Shown: positions 10,141 through 20,143, counted from the first letter of the stretch. The stretch: DNA of 64,000 bases from an uncultured Planctomycetaceae bacterium (GCA_964427725.1 CAYRVS010000007.1:7255-71254); one strand, 5' to 3'. Notes: a model not told the origin generated them from the sequence alone. Program-made: numbers and translations.

Positions 10141-11256
10141 TCACGCTCCCCGCAGGGCCTGATACAGCCGATGGATGAAGGTCGCGTTGTCGCATTGGGC
10201 GTAGTGCATCACCCCCCCCATCCGCGAGAAGCTTTTGCAGAACCGCAGGTAGTACGCCGGGTTGGTCTTCGGCGGCTCGCCTTGGGACCAATCCCACTTC
10301 CCGCCGTCCTGCAGGTCGACCACGTAAATCTGATGGTCCCGAATCACCGGTTGACCGCTTTGCAGCCGCAGGTTGTTGACGCAACTGAGGCTCTTCTCGA
10401 AGACCTGCGGGCCCATGATCGCCGAGCCGATCGACAACACGACGCCGCCGTCGAGTCCCGCGACCGAACCCCCGAACAGGCGAAAATCGAGATCGGCGGC
10501 GCGGCCGATCACCGCGCCGTTGAAGATCGGATGGTTCGCGATGATGTCGTACCCGATGCCGGGATGGACCGTCAGCGGAACACCGTGTCGCCAGGCTTGC
10601 GCGACGATCGACGCCTCCTTCCAACGATGCGTGATCGCGACCCGCCCGGCGGGGATGTCGCCGTGACGTAGCGCCTGCAACAGATCGGCCCGCGCGGCGG
10701 TGAGGGGATCCTCCGGTCGCGCGCGGATCGCCGCCGACAAATCCTCGATCGTCGGCACCGTGACGCCGTCCTCGATGATCAAGCGGCCGAGCGCGCGGCC
10801 GTACCCGAGTCCCTCCAGCGCGCCGACCAACATCGCGAGATGAAGATTGGTCGACGTTTCGTGCCAAGTGCCGAACCGGCCGTTCGCGACCCCCATCTCG
10901 ACGCTTTCGGTGCTCGCGCCGAACCAGGCGTACTCCCAATCGTGGATCGTCCCCGCCCCGTTGGTCGCCAAATGGGTCAGCCAGCCGTCGGCCATCAGCC
11001 GTTCGAGCACGGCGGCCGCGCCGTTCCGCAGCAGATGCGCCCCATAGATGAGCATCCGACTCGCGCCCCGCGCGCGCGCCGCGCGCAGCCCCGCGGCGGC
11101 CCGGGAAATCGTCTCGGCGACCTCCGGGGAACATGGACGCGGCGACGCATCGGGATCGAGCCGAATCTCGTCGACCCGCGTCAAACTCTCGCGACTCGCC
11201 AGCGGAGAAACCTGCAGCCGCCGCAAATCAATCGGTTCCACGAACATCGCATCCAT
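10141..11256 (-). CDS. Deoxyhypusine synthase-like family protein
   Basis: The track ORF is trimmed to the ATG at 11256 (MDAMFVEPID), giving 371 aa. GAHLLRNG, HLATNGAG and TVHPGIGYDI resemble the DHS-like NAD-binding fold. Confidence 0.65.
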   Translation of the reverse strand: MDAMFVEPIDLRRLQVSPLASRESLTRVDEIRLDPDASPRPCSPEVAETISRAAAGLRAARARGASRMLIYGAHLLRNGAAAVLERLMADGWLTHLATNGAGTIHDWEYAWFGASTESVEMGVANGRFGTWHETSTNLHLAMLVGALEGLGYGRALGRLIIEDGVTVPTIEDLSAAIRARPEDPLTAARADLLQALRHGDIPAGRVAITHRWKEASIVAQAWRHGVPLTVHPGIGYDIIANHPIFNGAVIGRAADLDFRLFGGSVAGLDGGVVLSIGSAIMGPQVFEKSLSCVNNLRLQSGQPVIRDHQIYVVDLQDGGKWDWSQGEPPKTNPAYYLRFCKSFSRMGGVMHYAQCDNATFIHRLYQALRGA

Positions 11257-11260
11257 CCCG

Positions 11261-11357
11261 TAGGGCAGGCTCCCGCCTGCCGCTGGCTTCAGACCGTGTC
11301 CCGCGCGGCTTTGGCGTCGTCTCCGTGGAGGGGCACGGCAGGCGGGAGCCTGCCCTA
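11261..11357. repeat. 97-bp element bounded by a perfect 22-bp inverted repeat
   Basis: TAGGGCAGGCTCCCGCCTGCCG (11261-11282) and its exact reverse complement CGGCAGGCGGGAGCCTGCCCTA (11336-11357). Each arm is also internally palindromic (GGCAGGC/GCCTGCC). Confidence 0.7.
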
Positions 11358-11457
11358 CGAAGGCGCGCCCACGTGTCGCTCGCGGCATCATGTATGATGT
11401 CCCGGCGCGCGTCCATCACACCGCTTCGACGGACTCGATCCGCACGGAACTTGCACC

Positions 11458-12486
11458 ATGTCGACCGATCGCCTGTGGCAACTGCAACCCGCCGGTGCCG
11501 CGTACCAACTCGTCGCGACGACCCGCCCGACCCCCACGCCGGGACCGGGCGAAGTCTTGATCCGAGTCGGCGCGGTCTCCCTCAATTATCGCGATCTGTC
11601 GAACCTGAAGAATCTCGCGCAACGCAACGTCGCGGGTCGCATCCCCACGTCCGACGGCGCGGGGGTCGTCGTCGCGATTGGTTCAGACGTGACCACGGTC
11701 CAACCCGGGGATCACGTCGCCGGCTGCTTCTTCCGCACTTGGGCAGAGGGTCGCTTCGACATGCGGCATCACAAGGCCGATCTCGGGGGGAGTTCGGACG
11801 GCATGCTCGCCGAGCATGTCGTCCTGCCGGAACACGGCGTCGTCCCGTTGCCGGACGGCTACAGCCTCCTCGAAGGGGCGACGCTCCCGTGTGCCGGCGT
11901 GACCGCGTGGCAAGCCTTGTTCCCGCGCGGGGGACTCCAACCGGGCGAGACGGTCCTCGCCTTGGGGACGGGCGGGGTCTCGATCTTTGCGCTGCAACTG
12001 GCGACCGCCGCCGGGGCGAAGGTGCTCATCACGTCGGGGAGTGACGAGAAGCTCGCCCGCGCGCGCAAGCTGGGGGCGTGGCAGACCATTAACTACCGCA
12101 CCACTCCCGATTGGGAGCAGACGGTGTGGCAGCTCACCGAGAAGCGGGGCGTCGATCACGTGATCGAAGTCGGCGGCCCGGGAACGATCGCCAAGTCGAT
12201 GGCCGCGCTCGCCGCCGGCGGCCATCTCGCCCTCATCGGCGTCCTCACCGGGTTCGGCGCGACCTCCGCCAGCCTGTTCCCGCTCATCGCGAAAAACATC
12301 CGCCTGAACGGCATCTACGTCGGCAGCCGCGCCGACTTCCTGGCCTTGAACCAATTCCTGACCAAGCACCGCCTCCGCCCGATCATCGACCGCGTCTTCT
12401 CGTTCGAGGAAACCCCCGCCGCCTACGACTACCTCGCATCCGGCGCGCACTTCGGCAAGGTGGTGATTCGGGTCTCCGACACGTGA
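11458..12486 (+). CDS. NADPH:quinone oxidoreductase / zinc-type alcohol dehydrogenase (MDR) family protein
   Basis: 342 aa. GEVLIRVGAVSLNYRD and LALGTGGVSIFALQLA (Rossmann GxGxxG) are typical of the MDR family. Confidence 0.85.
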   Translation: MSTDRLWQLQPAGAAYQLVATTRPTPTPGPGEVLIRVGAVSLNYRDLSNLKNLAQRNVAGRIPTSDGAGVVVAIGSDVTTVQPGDHVAGCFFRTWAEGRFDMRHHKADLGGSSDGMLAEHVVLPEHGVVPLPDGYSLLEGATLPCAGVTAWQALFPRGGLQPGETVLALGTGGVSIFALQLATAAGAKVLITSGSDEKLARARKLGAWQTINYRTTPDWEQTVWQLTEKRGVDHVIEVGGPGTIAKSMAALAAGGHLALIGVLTGFGATSASLFPLIAKNIRLNGIYVGSRADFLALNQFLTKHRLRPIIDRVFSFEETPAAYDYLASGAHFGKVVIRVSDT

Positions 12487-12764
12487 TTCGCGGGAGGCTC
12501 CCCACGCGATGGCATCATCGCCGGACCATCACCCTCAGCGCCATCGTCACCCCGGCAGCGGCGTCACCACCTTGCCGTGGACATGGCCGCCGCGAATCCC
12601 GCTCCCGGCCGGCCCCCGAAGCGTGCACCTTCGATCGCCGCCGCTCTGCGGCAAGAGTCCATCAACATCAACCAGTGCCTGATTGGGGCGCAAAGCCAAT
12701 GTCCGCGCTCACGTCCCCAAGGATCGCCGACACGCCGAACCTCGGTGTTAATCCCGAAACATGG

Positions 12765-13739
12765 TTACGGAGCCGCGTGCGCGAGTGGAACGACCGACAG
12801 TTCATGCCGACGGACGAACCGCTCAAGCTCCGCCGAGTTCGGGATGTTGGTCGTCGCGCCGACCCCCTGGACACAATAGGCTCCCATCGCGGAGCCCATC
12901 CTCAGACACTCCGCCGGGGATTGTTGTCGCAACAGCCCAAGGACATACCCCGCGACGAAGGCGTCGCCGGTCCCCGTCGGGTCGACCGTCGGGACCTGAT
13001 GGACGCCGGCCCGCCACGCCCCCTCCGGTCCGACGCTGACGGCGCCCGCGCCGCCGCACGTGATCACGACATGCCGGCAACCGGCGTCACGCAGCTTCCG
13101 GGCCTGCGCGACGACATCGTCGCCGCCGGCGATTTCACGCGCTTCGTCATGGTTCGGCAGAAAGTAATCGGTCTCCGGGAGAACCGGGCGGACCCAATCC
13201 CAGCAATTCGTCCGGGACCCGACCACCACATCGAGCATCGTCATCGCGCCGGCACGCCTCGCCCGGGCGAAGAGCGCGGCGACTCCGGAAGGTGTCAAAG
13301 AGTCCAGCAGACAATAGCCGCCCACGTACAGGATCTTGGTCTGGGCCAGGTCTTCGTCGGAGATCGACGCGGCATCGTAGTGGGCGTTCGCGCCGATCGC
13401 ATGGATGAAGCGACGATCCTCCCCTTGCACGTTGATCACGAACGTCCCGCTGGTCGACACCTCCGGCCGGGCGACGACTCCGGCGCAGTCGACCCCCGCG
13501 GCGACCAGTCGCTCCCGCAGCGCGCGGCCGAAGAGGTCGTCCCCCACGTAACCGCTGACGCCGGCCCGCAGGCCCAACTTCGCGAGATCGACCGCGACGT
13601 TCGCGGCGCAACCGCCGATGGAAAAGCTCAACCGCGGCGTCAGGGCCAAGCCTCCCGCCGGCGGCCACGCCGCGATCGGTTCACAGACCTGATCGGCGAC
13701 GATAATCCCGGCACACAGGCAGTCCCATCGGTGGGTCAT
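12765..13739 (-). CDS. PfkB-family carbohydrate kinase
   Basis: 324 aa. It has the GGCAANVA N-terminal motif and the C-terminal DPTGTGDAF PfkB signature. Confidence 0.85.
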   Translation of the reverse strand: MTHRWDCLCAGIIVADQVCEPIAAWPPAGGLALTPRLSFSIGGCAANVAVDLAKLGLRAGVSGYVGDDLFGRALRERLVAAGVDCAGVVARPEVSTSGTFVINVQGEDRRFIHAIGANAHYDAASISDEDLAQTKILYVGGYCLLDSLTPSGVAALFARARRAGAMTMLDVVVGSRTNCWDWVRPVLPETDYFLPNHDEAREIAGGDDVVAQARKLRDAGCRHVVITCGGAGAVSVGPEGAWRAGVHQVPTVDPTGTGDAFVAGYVLGLLRQQSPAECLRMGSAMGAYCVQGVGATTNIPNSAELERFVRRHELSVVPLAHAAP

Positions 13740-13980
13740 CAGGGGGGCTCTCTCAGCGGCGAACGGCCGACAGGTCGCGGGTCGAGGCGCGATCGTAACT
13801 CGTGAAGGGGGCGCGGCTCAACTTGAGAGCTGACGGTCACCCGTCAGTCCATCGCAGCGGTTCACGCATGGCTGACGAGCGTGTGGCTGGTCCCTAAACT
13901 ATGGCGGTGTTGGGGTTGGATGTCAGACCCCGAACGGATCGATCAGCCTACCCAATCCGTCATCGCCGGAAAGTCCCGCC

Positions 13981-14898
13981 GTGCCTTGGTCGATCCAAGA
14001 GGAACTGACACGCTGGGGACCGGAGGCGGCCGCGCGACCCGTCGTGAGTCAGGCCGACGCCGAAACGTATTGTCGTCGACTGGCGACGTCGCATTACGAG
14101 AACTTCCCGCTGGTCTCGTGGTTGCTGCCGCGACGGTTGCATCAACACTTTTACAACATCTACGCCTATTGCCGCTGGGCGGATGATCTAGGGGACGAGA
14201 CCGGCGACCCTGCGATGGCGCTGCGGCTTCTTGGATGGTGGCGCGAATCGCTCGAGGGATGCTACGCGGGACATGCCGGACATCCCGTATTCGTCGCGCT
14301 ACGGTCGACCATCGAGACCTTCGACATCCCTCGCGAACCGTTCGCCGATCTGATCTCGGCGTTCGAGCAGGATCAGACCGTCCATGAGTACGAAACGTTC
14401 GACCAACTCCGCGATTACTGTCGTCGAAGCGCCGATCCGGTCGGCCGGTTGGTGCTCCATCTCTGCGGGCGACATCGCCGGGAGCTGCTCGATTGGTCCG
14501 ACAGCATCTGCACCGGACTGCAACTCGCGAACTTCTGGCAAGACGTGGCGCGCGATTACCGCCTCGGGCGAATCTACTTGCCGCGCGAGGATTACGTACG
14601 ATTCGGGATGACGCGGGCCGATTGGGCGCGCCGGACCGAAACGCCGGAGTTTCTGGCGCTGATGCGCTTCGAGGTCGGGCGGGCCCGGGAGTGGCTGGAA
14701 CGTGGGCTGCCGCTCGCCAAGCGGATGCCGGGCCGATTGCGGTTCGACATCGAATTGTTCGCGCGCGGAGGGCTCAGGATTCTCGATCGGATCGAAGCGA
14801 TCGACTATCACGTCTGGCGGACTCGACCGGTCGTCACGAAATGGGACGCGGCGGGCCTGTGCATGCGGGTCTTGGGGAGATGGGCGCTGGGGATGTAG
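13981..14898 (+). CDS. hpnC: Squalene/phytoene synthase family protein, HpnC-like (presqualene diphosphate-converting type)
   Basis: 305 aa with a GTG start. SHYENFPLVS, YAYCRWADDLGDE and NFWQDVARD match the HpnC subgroup of trans-isoprenyl diphosphate synthases (head-to-head type). Confidence 0.7.
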   Translation: MPWSIQEELTRWGPEAAARPVVSQADAETYCRRLATSHYENFPLVSWLLPRRLHQHFYNIYAYCRWADDLGDETGDPAMALRLLGWWRESLEGCYAGHAGHPVFVALRSTIETFDIPREPFADLISAFEQDQTVHEYETFDQLRDYCRRSADPVGRLVLHLCGRHRRELLDWSDSICTGLQLANFWQDVARDYRLGRIYLPREDYVRFGMTRADWARRTETPEFLALMRFEVGRAREWLERGLPLAKRMPGRLRFDIELFARGGLRILDRIEAIDYHVWRTRPVVTKWDAAGLCMRVLGRWALGM

Positions 14899-14933
14899 TC
14901 CCCCGGCGAAGGCCTCCTCCGGGCAGACTCGAT

Positions 14934-17900
14934 TCAACGCCGCAGATCCAAAGTCAGCGGAAAATCGCGGTTCGACTCCGGCGCGGGGAGCTGGAACCGC
15001 CCCGGGGTGTACCCCATCTTGAAGAAGCGGTTCGTCCGACGACTTTCGGCTTCATAAGCATTGACCGGGAACGTGGTGTAGTTCCGCCCGCCGGGATGGG
15101 CGACATGGTAGGTGCAGCCCCCCAGGCTGCGTTCGAGCCAGGTGTCGAGGAGATCGAAGACCAGCGGAGTATGGACGCCGATCGTCGGGTGCAGGCACGA
15201 CGGCGGCTGCCACGCGCGATACCGGACCCCCGCGACGTACTCCCCTTCGGTTCCCGTCGGATGGAGCGGCACCTGGCGACCATGACAAGTGATGAGATGC
15301 CGATTGCCGGTCAGCCCGCGAACCTTCACTTGCAACCGTTCGACCGAAGAATCGACATACCGCACCGTCCCCCCGCCGCCCGGTTCTTCGCCGAGGACAT
15401 ACCACGGTTCGAGCGCGGTCCGCAGTTCGACCTGAATGTTGTCGAGCGTGAACTCGCCGATCTTCGGGCAGCGAAACTCGAAGTGAGGCGCGAACCAACG
15501 CTCCTCGAACGGGAACCCCGCGCGTTTCAGTTCCTCGATGACGGTGCAGAAATCGGCCTGCAGGAAATGGGGCAGGAAGAACCGATCGTGCAGCGTAGTC
15601 CCCCAATCGACCAGCGGTTCCAGGTACGGTTGCTCCCAGAAGCGACAGACAAGCGCCCGCACCAGGAGTTGCTGCGTGAGACTCATCCGCGCATGCGGCG
15701 GCATCTCGAACGCGCGGAATTCGACCAATCCCAAGCGGCCCGTGCTGCTGTCAGGCGAGTAGAGCTTGTCGATGCAGAACTCGGCGCGATGCGTGTTCCC
15801 CGTGCTGTCGACCAACAGATGGCGAAAGACCCGGTCGACCAGCCAGGGCGGACAATGCCCCCGCGCGGGGACCTGATCGAACGCGATTTGCAGCTCGTAG
15901 ATCGCGTCCCGGCGGCCTTCATCGACCCGGGGGGACTGACTCGTCGGCCCGATGAAGAGCCCCGAGAAGATGTACGACAGCGCGGGATGGTTGTTCCAAT
16001 AACCGACCAGACTGCGCAGCAGATCGGGCCGACGCAGGAACGGGCTGTCGGCCGGCGCGGCGGCCCCCAGAACGAGATGGTTCCCCCCGCCGGTCCCGGA
16101 ATGGCGACCGTCGAGCATGAACTTTTCGGTCCCCAACCGCGACAGCCGCGCGTCCTCGTAGACCCCGTTGACGATCTCGCCGAGCTCGTCCCAATCGCCC
16201 GCGGGTTGCACGTTGACTTCGATCACGCCGGGATCGGGGGTCACTTTGATCTGTTTGAGCCGCGGATCGTACGGCGGGGTGTAACCTTCCAAGGCGATCG
16301 GCAGATCGAGCTCGGTCGCGACGTCTTCGATCGCCGCGAGAAGCTCGATGAAATCATCGGCCGACTCCAGCGGCGGCAGGAAGAGGTAGAGCCGCCCCTG
16401 CCGCGGCTCGACGCACAAGGCCGTGCGGACGGAATAACTGTCAATCGGGGCGTCCGGGTCCTTCTCGCGTTCCTGTTTGCCGGGGAGCGTTTGCTCTCGC
16501 CGCCCTTGACCACCCCCGCCCGGACCACCGCCCGAGGTTCCCCCCGTGAGGGGCGCGCCGGCAATGGTCGCCTGTTTGACCCGCCGCGCGGGTTGCGGCA
16601 GCGGCGGGCGTTTCACGAGGGGATCGAACTCGTAGAACTGACCGAGCGGTCCGGATGTCGTCGCCAGCGGAATGGAATCGAGCGGCAACCGGAACCCGAT
16701 CGGGGAATCGCCCGGGAGCAGAAACATCTGTTCGCGACGAACGGGCCAGGGTCCACTCACCCAGCGGGGTCGACCTTGCCACCATTGACGGCGCAAGGGG
16801 AGCAGACAACCGACAGGGTTGCCGAGTCCTTGCTCCAAGACTCGGGCCAACCGGTCCCGTTCTTCCTTGTCTTTGAGATCGGTCTGTATCGAACGGAGAT
16901 CGATCGGCAACCGCCGCTCTTTCAGGAGGTAATGGGCCGCGTCCTCGTAACAGGGCACGACCCATCGCGGGCTGACCTCCAGCCGTCGCGCCAGCGCCGT
17001 CGTAAAGGCTTCCGCCTCGGCGAAACCGAAGCCGTAATGGGTGGCTTCATCGGCCATCAGCCGGGCGTCTTCCCACAAGGGAACGCCGTCGGCCCGCCAG
17101 TAACAGGTGAAGGCCCAGCGGGGGAGCGATTCGCCCGGGTACCATTTCCCCTGGCCGTAATGGAGCACGCCGCCGGCGCCGAAGCGTTCGCGCAACCGGC
17201 GGATCAACACATCGGCGCGGTGCCGTTTGGTGGGCCCCATCGCCGCCGTGTTCCATTCGTCCCCTTGCATATCGTCGATCGAGACGAAGGTCGGTTCGCC
17301 CCCCATCGTCAACCGGACATCACCCTGACGCAGGCGGCGGTCGACGTCGTGTCCCAGCTTGTCGATCGTCCGCCATTGCTCTTCGGTGTAGGGTTTGGTG
17401 ACCCGCGGGTCTTCGTGAATCCGCGTGACCGACATCGAGAATTGGAAATCGACCTCGGCCTCATCGACCGTCCCGGTGATGGGGGCGGCGCTGGCGGGAT
17501 CGGGGGTGCAGGCGACGGGGAGATGCCCTTCTCCGCACATCAGCCCCGAGGTGGCGTCGAGCCCGATCCACCCCGCGCCGGGCAGGTAGACCTCGCACCA
17601 AGCATGGAGATCGGTGAAATCGTGGTCGGTCCCGGAGGGTCCATCGAGCGCTTTGACGTCGGGCGTGAGTTGGATCAGATAGCCCGAAACGAACCGCGAC
17701 GCGAGCCCCAGATGACGGAGAATATTGACCAGCAGCCACGCGGAATCACGGCAGGAACCGGACCCCAGCGCGAGCGTTTCCTCCGGAGTTTGGACACCCG
17801 GTTCCAAGCGAATCAGGTAGCGGACTTCTTCATGCAGCCGACGATTCAGCTCGACGAGGAAATCGACCGTCCGACGCGGGCCGCGATCGATCCGACTGAG

Positions 17901-18290
17901 ATAAGCTTGCAACCGAGGCCCGGGGAATTCCGTCTCCAGAAACGGCTTCAGTTCCTTGGCCAGCCATGGTTCGTAAACGAAAGGGAACTGCTCCGCGGAC
18001 GATTCGACGAAGAAGTCGAACGGGTTGATCACCGTGAGGTCGGCGATGAGATCGACCTCGAGGACGAACCGCCGCGTCGGCTGGGGGAAGACGTACCGGG
18101 CCAGGAAGTTGCCATGGGGATCCTGCTGCCAGTTGCAAAACTGCTGGCTCGGTTCCACTTTCAGGGAGTAGCTACGAACCGGGGTCCGGCAATGGGGGGC
18201 GGGCCGCAAACGGACGACTTGCGGACCGAGCGAGACCGGCCGGTCATACAGGTAGGCGGTGCGATGGTGGAGCGCGACGCGGATGGTCAT
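14934..18290 (-). CDS. Large transglutaminase-family protein (N-terminal transglutaminase-like core plus DUF2126-type C-terminal region)
   Basis: The track ORF is trimmed to the ATG at 18290 (MTIRVALHHRTAYLYDRPV), giving 1118 aa. GSCRDSAWLL...DLHAWCEVYLPGAGWIGLD is the Cys-His-Asp transglutaminase core. Confidence 0.85.
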   Translation of the reverse strand: MTIRVALHHRTAYLYDRPVSLGPQVVRLRPAPHCRTPVRSYSLKVEPSQQFCNWQQDPHGNFLARYVFPQPTRRFVLEVDLIADLTVINPFDFFVESSAEQFPFVYEPWLAKELKPFLETEFPGPRLQAYLSRIDRGPRRTVDFLVELNRRLHEEVRYLIRLEPGVQTPEETLALGSGSCRDSAWLLVNILRHLGLASRFVSGYLIQLTPDVKALDGPSGTDHDFTDLHAWCEVYLPGAGWIGLDATSGLMCGEGHLPVACTPDPASAAPITGTVDEAEVDFQFSMSVTRIHEDPRVTKPYTEEQWRTIDKLGHDVDRRLRQGDVRLTMGGEPTFVSIDDMQGDEWNTAAMGPTKRHRADVLIRRLRERFGAGGVLHYGQGKWYPGESLPRWAFTCYWRADGVPLWEDARLMADEATHYGFGFAEAEAFTTALARRLEVSPRWVVPCYEDAAHYLLKERRLPIDLRSIQTDLKDKEERDRLARVLEQGLGNPVGCLLPLRRQWWQGRPRWVSGPWPVRREQMFLLPGDSPIGFRLPLDSIPLATTSGPLGQFYEFDPLVKRPPLPQPARRVKQATIAGAPLTGGTSGGGPGGGGQGRREQTLPGKQEREKDPDAPIDSYSVRTALCVEPRQGRLYLFLPPLESADDFIELLAAIEDVATELDLPIALEGYTPPYDPRLKQIKVTPDPGVIEVNVQPAGDWDELGEIVNGVYEDARLSRLGTEKFMLDGRHSGTGGGNHLVLGAAAPADSPFLRRPDLLRSLVGYWNNHPALSYIFSGLFIGPTSQSPRVDEGRRDAIYELQIAFDQVPARGHCPPWLVDRVFRHLLVDSTGNTHRAEFCIDKLYSPDSSTGRLGLVEFRAFEMPPHARMSLTQQLLVRALVCRFWEQPYLEPLVDWGTTLHDRFFLPHFLQADFCTVIEELKRAGFPFEERWFAPHFEFRCPKIGEFTLDNIQVELRTALEPWYVLGEEPGGGGTVRYVDSSVERLQVKVRGLTGNRHLITCHGRQVPLHPTGTEGEYVAGVRYRAWQPPSCLHPTIGVHTPLVFDLLDTWLERSLGGCTYHVAHPGGRNYTTFPVNAYEAESRRTNRFFKMGYTPGRFQLPAPESNRDFPLTLDLRR

Positions 18291-18618
18291 AAGGGTCGCC
18301 GAAAAGGTCGGGCCGATCGGTGGTGGTGGCGGTTTGGCGCGCAGCCGGTGCGCGATTGGACTGCACGATCCTCTAGCAAACGGCGTGCTGTCAAATGGGG
18401 GCTGACATCTGATCGACAATCCTTTCTAGTCGATATCCCGTATTCCATTACTAGAAATAGACTTGCGATGGAATCATGGGGCCACGATGTGACCGAAAGC
18501 CTGACGGCGAATGCGCAGCCTTTCGACATGACGCTCGTTGATTAGGCAGGTTGCGAAGGCCACGAAGGTTCCGAGGTCTCGTCCGACGGTTCCTGAAAAA
18601 AGATTTTGACATCACTTG

Positions 18619-18647
18619 TTGTGAATAATCAAAAGTCTGGCTATACT
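18619..18647 (+). promoter_or_regulatory. Sigma-70-like promoter candidate upstream of the sufR-like gene
   Basis: TTGTGA (18619-18624), a 17-nt spacer, then TATACT (18642-18647), inside an unusually AT-rich ~250-bp divergent intergenic region. Promoter rules for this phylum are poorly known. Confidence 0.3.
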
Positions 18648-18660
18648 TTGTCAGTCTCGC

Positions 18661-19374
18661 GTGGCGACGGTTGTTCCAACACGTGACACAACGAGACGTG
18701 GAATCGAGATACGTATGCGCCCCGCCCTCGATGAAGGTGATCAGGATTTCCTGCAACTTCTGCACGGGCGGGGCGATTCGACCATCCAAGAACTGTGTGA
18801 CGCGGCCGGGGTCACCGCGACGGCGATTCGGCAACGGTTGGCCCGACTCCTTGACCTGAATCTGGTCGAGCGAGTCGCCATTCGCACTGGTCGGGGTCGG
18901 CCCCACCATAACTATCGCTTAACCGATGTCGGCCGTCAGTCCCTGGGGGACAATTACGGCGAGCTGGCCCGGTTGTTGTGGGATCAGATCCAGGCGATTC
19001 CCGCCGGGCCGGTCCGGGATCGCCTGCTGGATGGCCTGAAGGACGAGTTCGCGAAGCGGCTCGGGGCGGCGGTGAATGGCGGGACGATCGATCAGCGGCT
19101 GGTTCAGCTCAAGTCGGCTTTGGAGGCTCGCGGCTTCGACGTGCAGGTGGATCAGGATTCGGAAGGCCCGTCGATTTTGCGCGAGCGATACTGTCCCTAT
19201 CACGAGCTCGCGGTCGCCGACCGGCGGATTTGTGATTTGGAACAGCAGGTCTTCGAGCAGATTCTGGGGGCCCCGCTGGAATTGCTGCAGAGTTGTCGTG
19301 ATGGGGGATCGTGCTGCGAGTTTCGGGTCGCCGAGCCGACGGCGGATTTGCGGGTCGGCCCATCGGTGGGCTAA
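18661..19374 (+). CDS. Winged-helix transcriptional regulator with a C-terminal Cys cluster (SufR-like)
   Basis: 237 aa (alternative ATG at 18715). The wHTH is STIQELCDAAGVTATAIRQRLARL. The C-terminal Cys residues are RYCPYHELAVADRRICD...QSCRDGGSCCEF. It sits at the head of the suf locus. Confidence 0.5.
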   Translation: MATVVPTRDTTRRGIEIRMRPALDEGDQDFLQLLHGRGDSTIQELCDAAGVTATAIRQRLARLLDLNLVERVAIRTGRGRPHHNYRLTDVGRQSLGDNYGELARLLWDQIQAIPAGPVRDRLLDGLKDEFAKRLGAAVNGGTIDQRLVQLKSALEARGFDVQVDQDSEGPSILRERYCPYHELAVADRRICDLEQQVFEQILGAPLELLQSCRDGGSCCEFRVAEPTADLRVGPSVG

Positions 19375-19466
19375 ACTGTAAGTCCGATCATGGCTGGGGT
19401 CTCCACCCACCGAAACCGCACACCGCCCGCCCGTCACCCCTCGTTCGACCCAAGAAGTGAGCGACC

Positions 19467-20024
19467 ATGACAACCTGGATCGAAGGCCGCTTCGAAGAAA
19501 ACGTGATCATGACGTCGCTGGAGCAGGCGACGAACTGGGCGCGGCAATCGAGCATTTGGCCGATGACCTTCGGCCTGGCCTGTTGTGCGATCGAGATGAT
19601 GGCGACCGGAGCGAGTCGGTATGACCTCGATCGATTCGGCGCGGGGGCCTTCCGCGCGACACCGCGGCAGGCCGACCTGATGATCGTCGCCGGGACCGTG
19701 ACCTACAAGATGGCGAGTCGCGTGCGACGGTTGTACGAACAGATGCCCGACCCCAAGTATGTGATCGCGATGGGGGCGTGCACCGTGGGTGGTGGTCCCT
19801 ATTTCAAGCATGGCTATCATGTGGTCAAGGGGGTCGACCTGGTGGTGCCGGTCGATGTGTATGTCCCCGGTTGTCCCCCGCGGCCGGAAGCCTTGCTCGA
19901 AGGCCTCATGCGGATTCAGGACAAGATCAAGGCGAAGAAACTGACGCGGTCGAGCCAGGAAATCCTGCCGATTCCGCATCACACCGGCCGCGTGCAACTG
20001 CCCGCCGACCTGGCGGGAGTCTGA
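19467..20024 (+). CDS. nuoB: NADH-quinone oxidoreductase subunit B (NuoB/NQO6) homologue, not next to other nuo genes
   Basis: 185 aa. [23 protein letters not shown] and [12 protein letters not shown] are the N2 [4Fe-4S]-ligating motifs of NuoB. Confidence 0.85.
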   Translation: MTTWIEGRFEENVIMTSLEQATNWARQSSIWPMTFGLACCAIEMMATGASRYDLDRFGAGAFRATPRQADLMIVAGTVTYKMASRVRRLYEQMPDPKYVIAMGACTVGGGPYFKHGYHVVKGVDLVVPVDVYVPGCPPRPEALLEGLMRIQDKIKAKKLTRSSQEILPIPHHTGRVQLPADLAGV

Positions 20025-20143
20025 CCTCGACGACGTTTCGCCCCTCACGGCCGAGTGGTCGCGAACGAGCTTGGAAGTTGATCCCAAAACGGACGGCGGC
20101 AAGGACTGCAAGTCGCCGATGAGAGAGAAGGTACGTCCCGACC

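Noticed and set aside
18420-18480. Inverted repeat ATTCCAT...ATGGAAT in the AT-rich region upstream of the sufR-like gene as a SufR operator
   Set aside because: It is short (7 bp), occurs once and is far (>200 nt) from the candidate promoter. It does not resemble the cyanobacterial SufR site pattern that I remember, so the support is insufficient.
14493-18545. 1350-aa plus-strand ORF, the longest in the track
   Set aside because: It is exactly antisense to the transglutaminase-family gene. Its composition is Arg/Pro/Gly/Asp-rich and low in complexity, with no recognisable domain. This is the usual stop-codon-poor antisense frame of GC-rich DNA.
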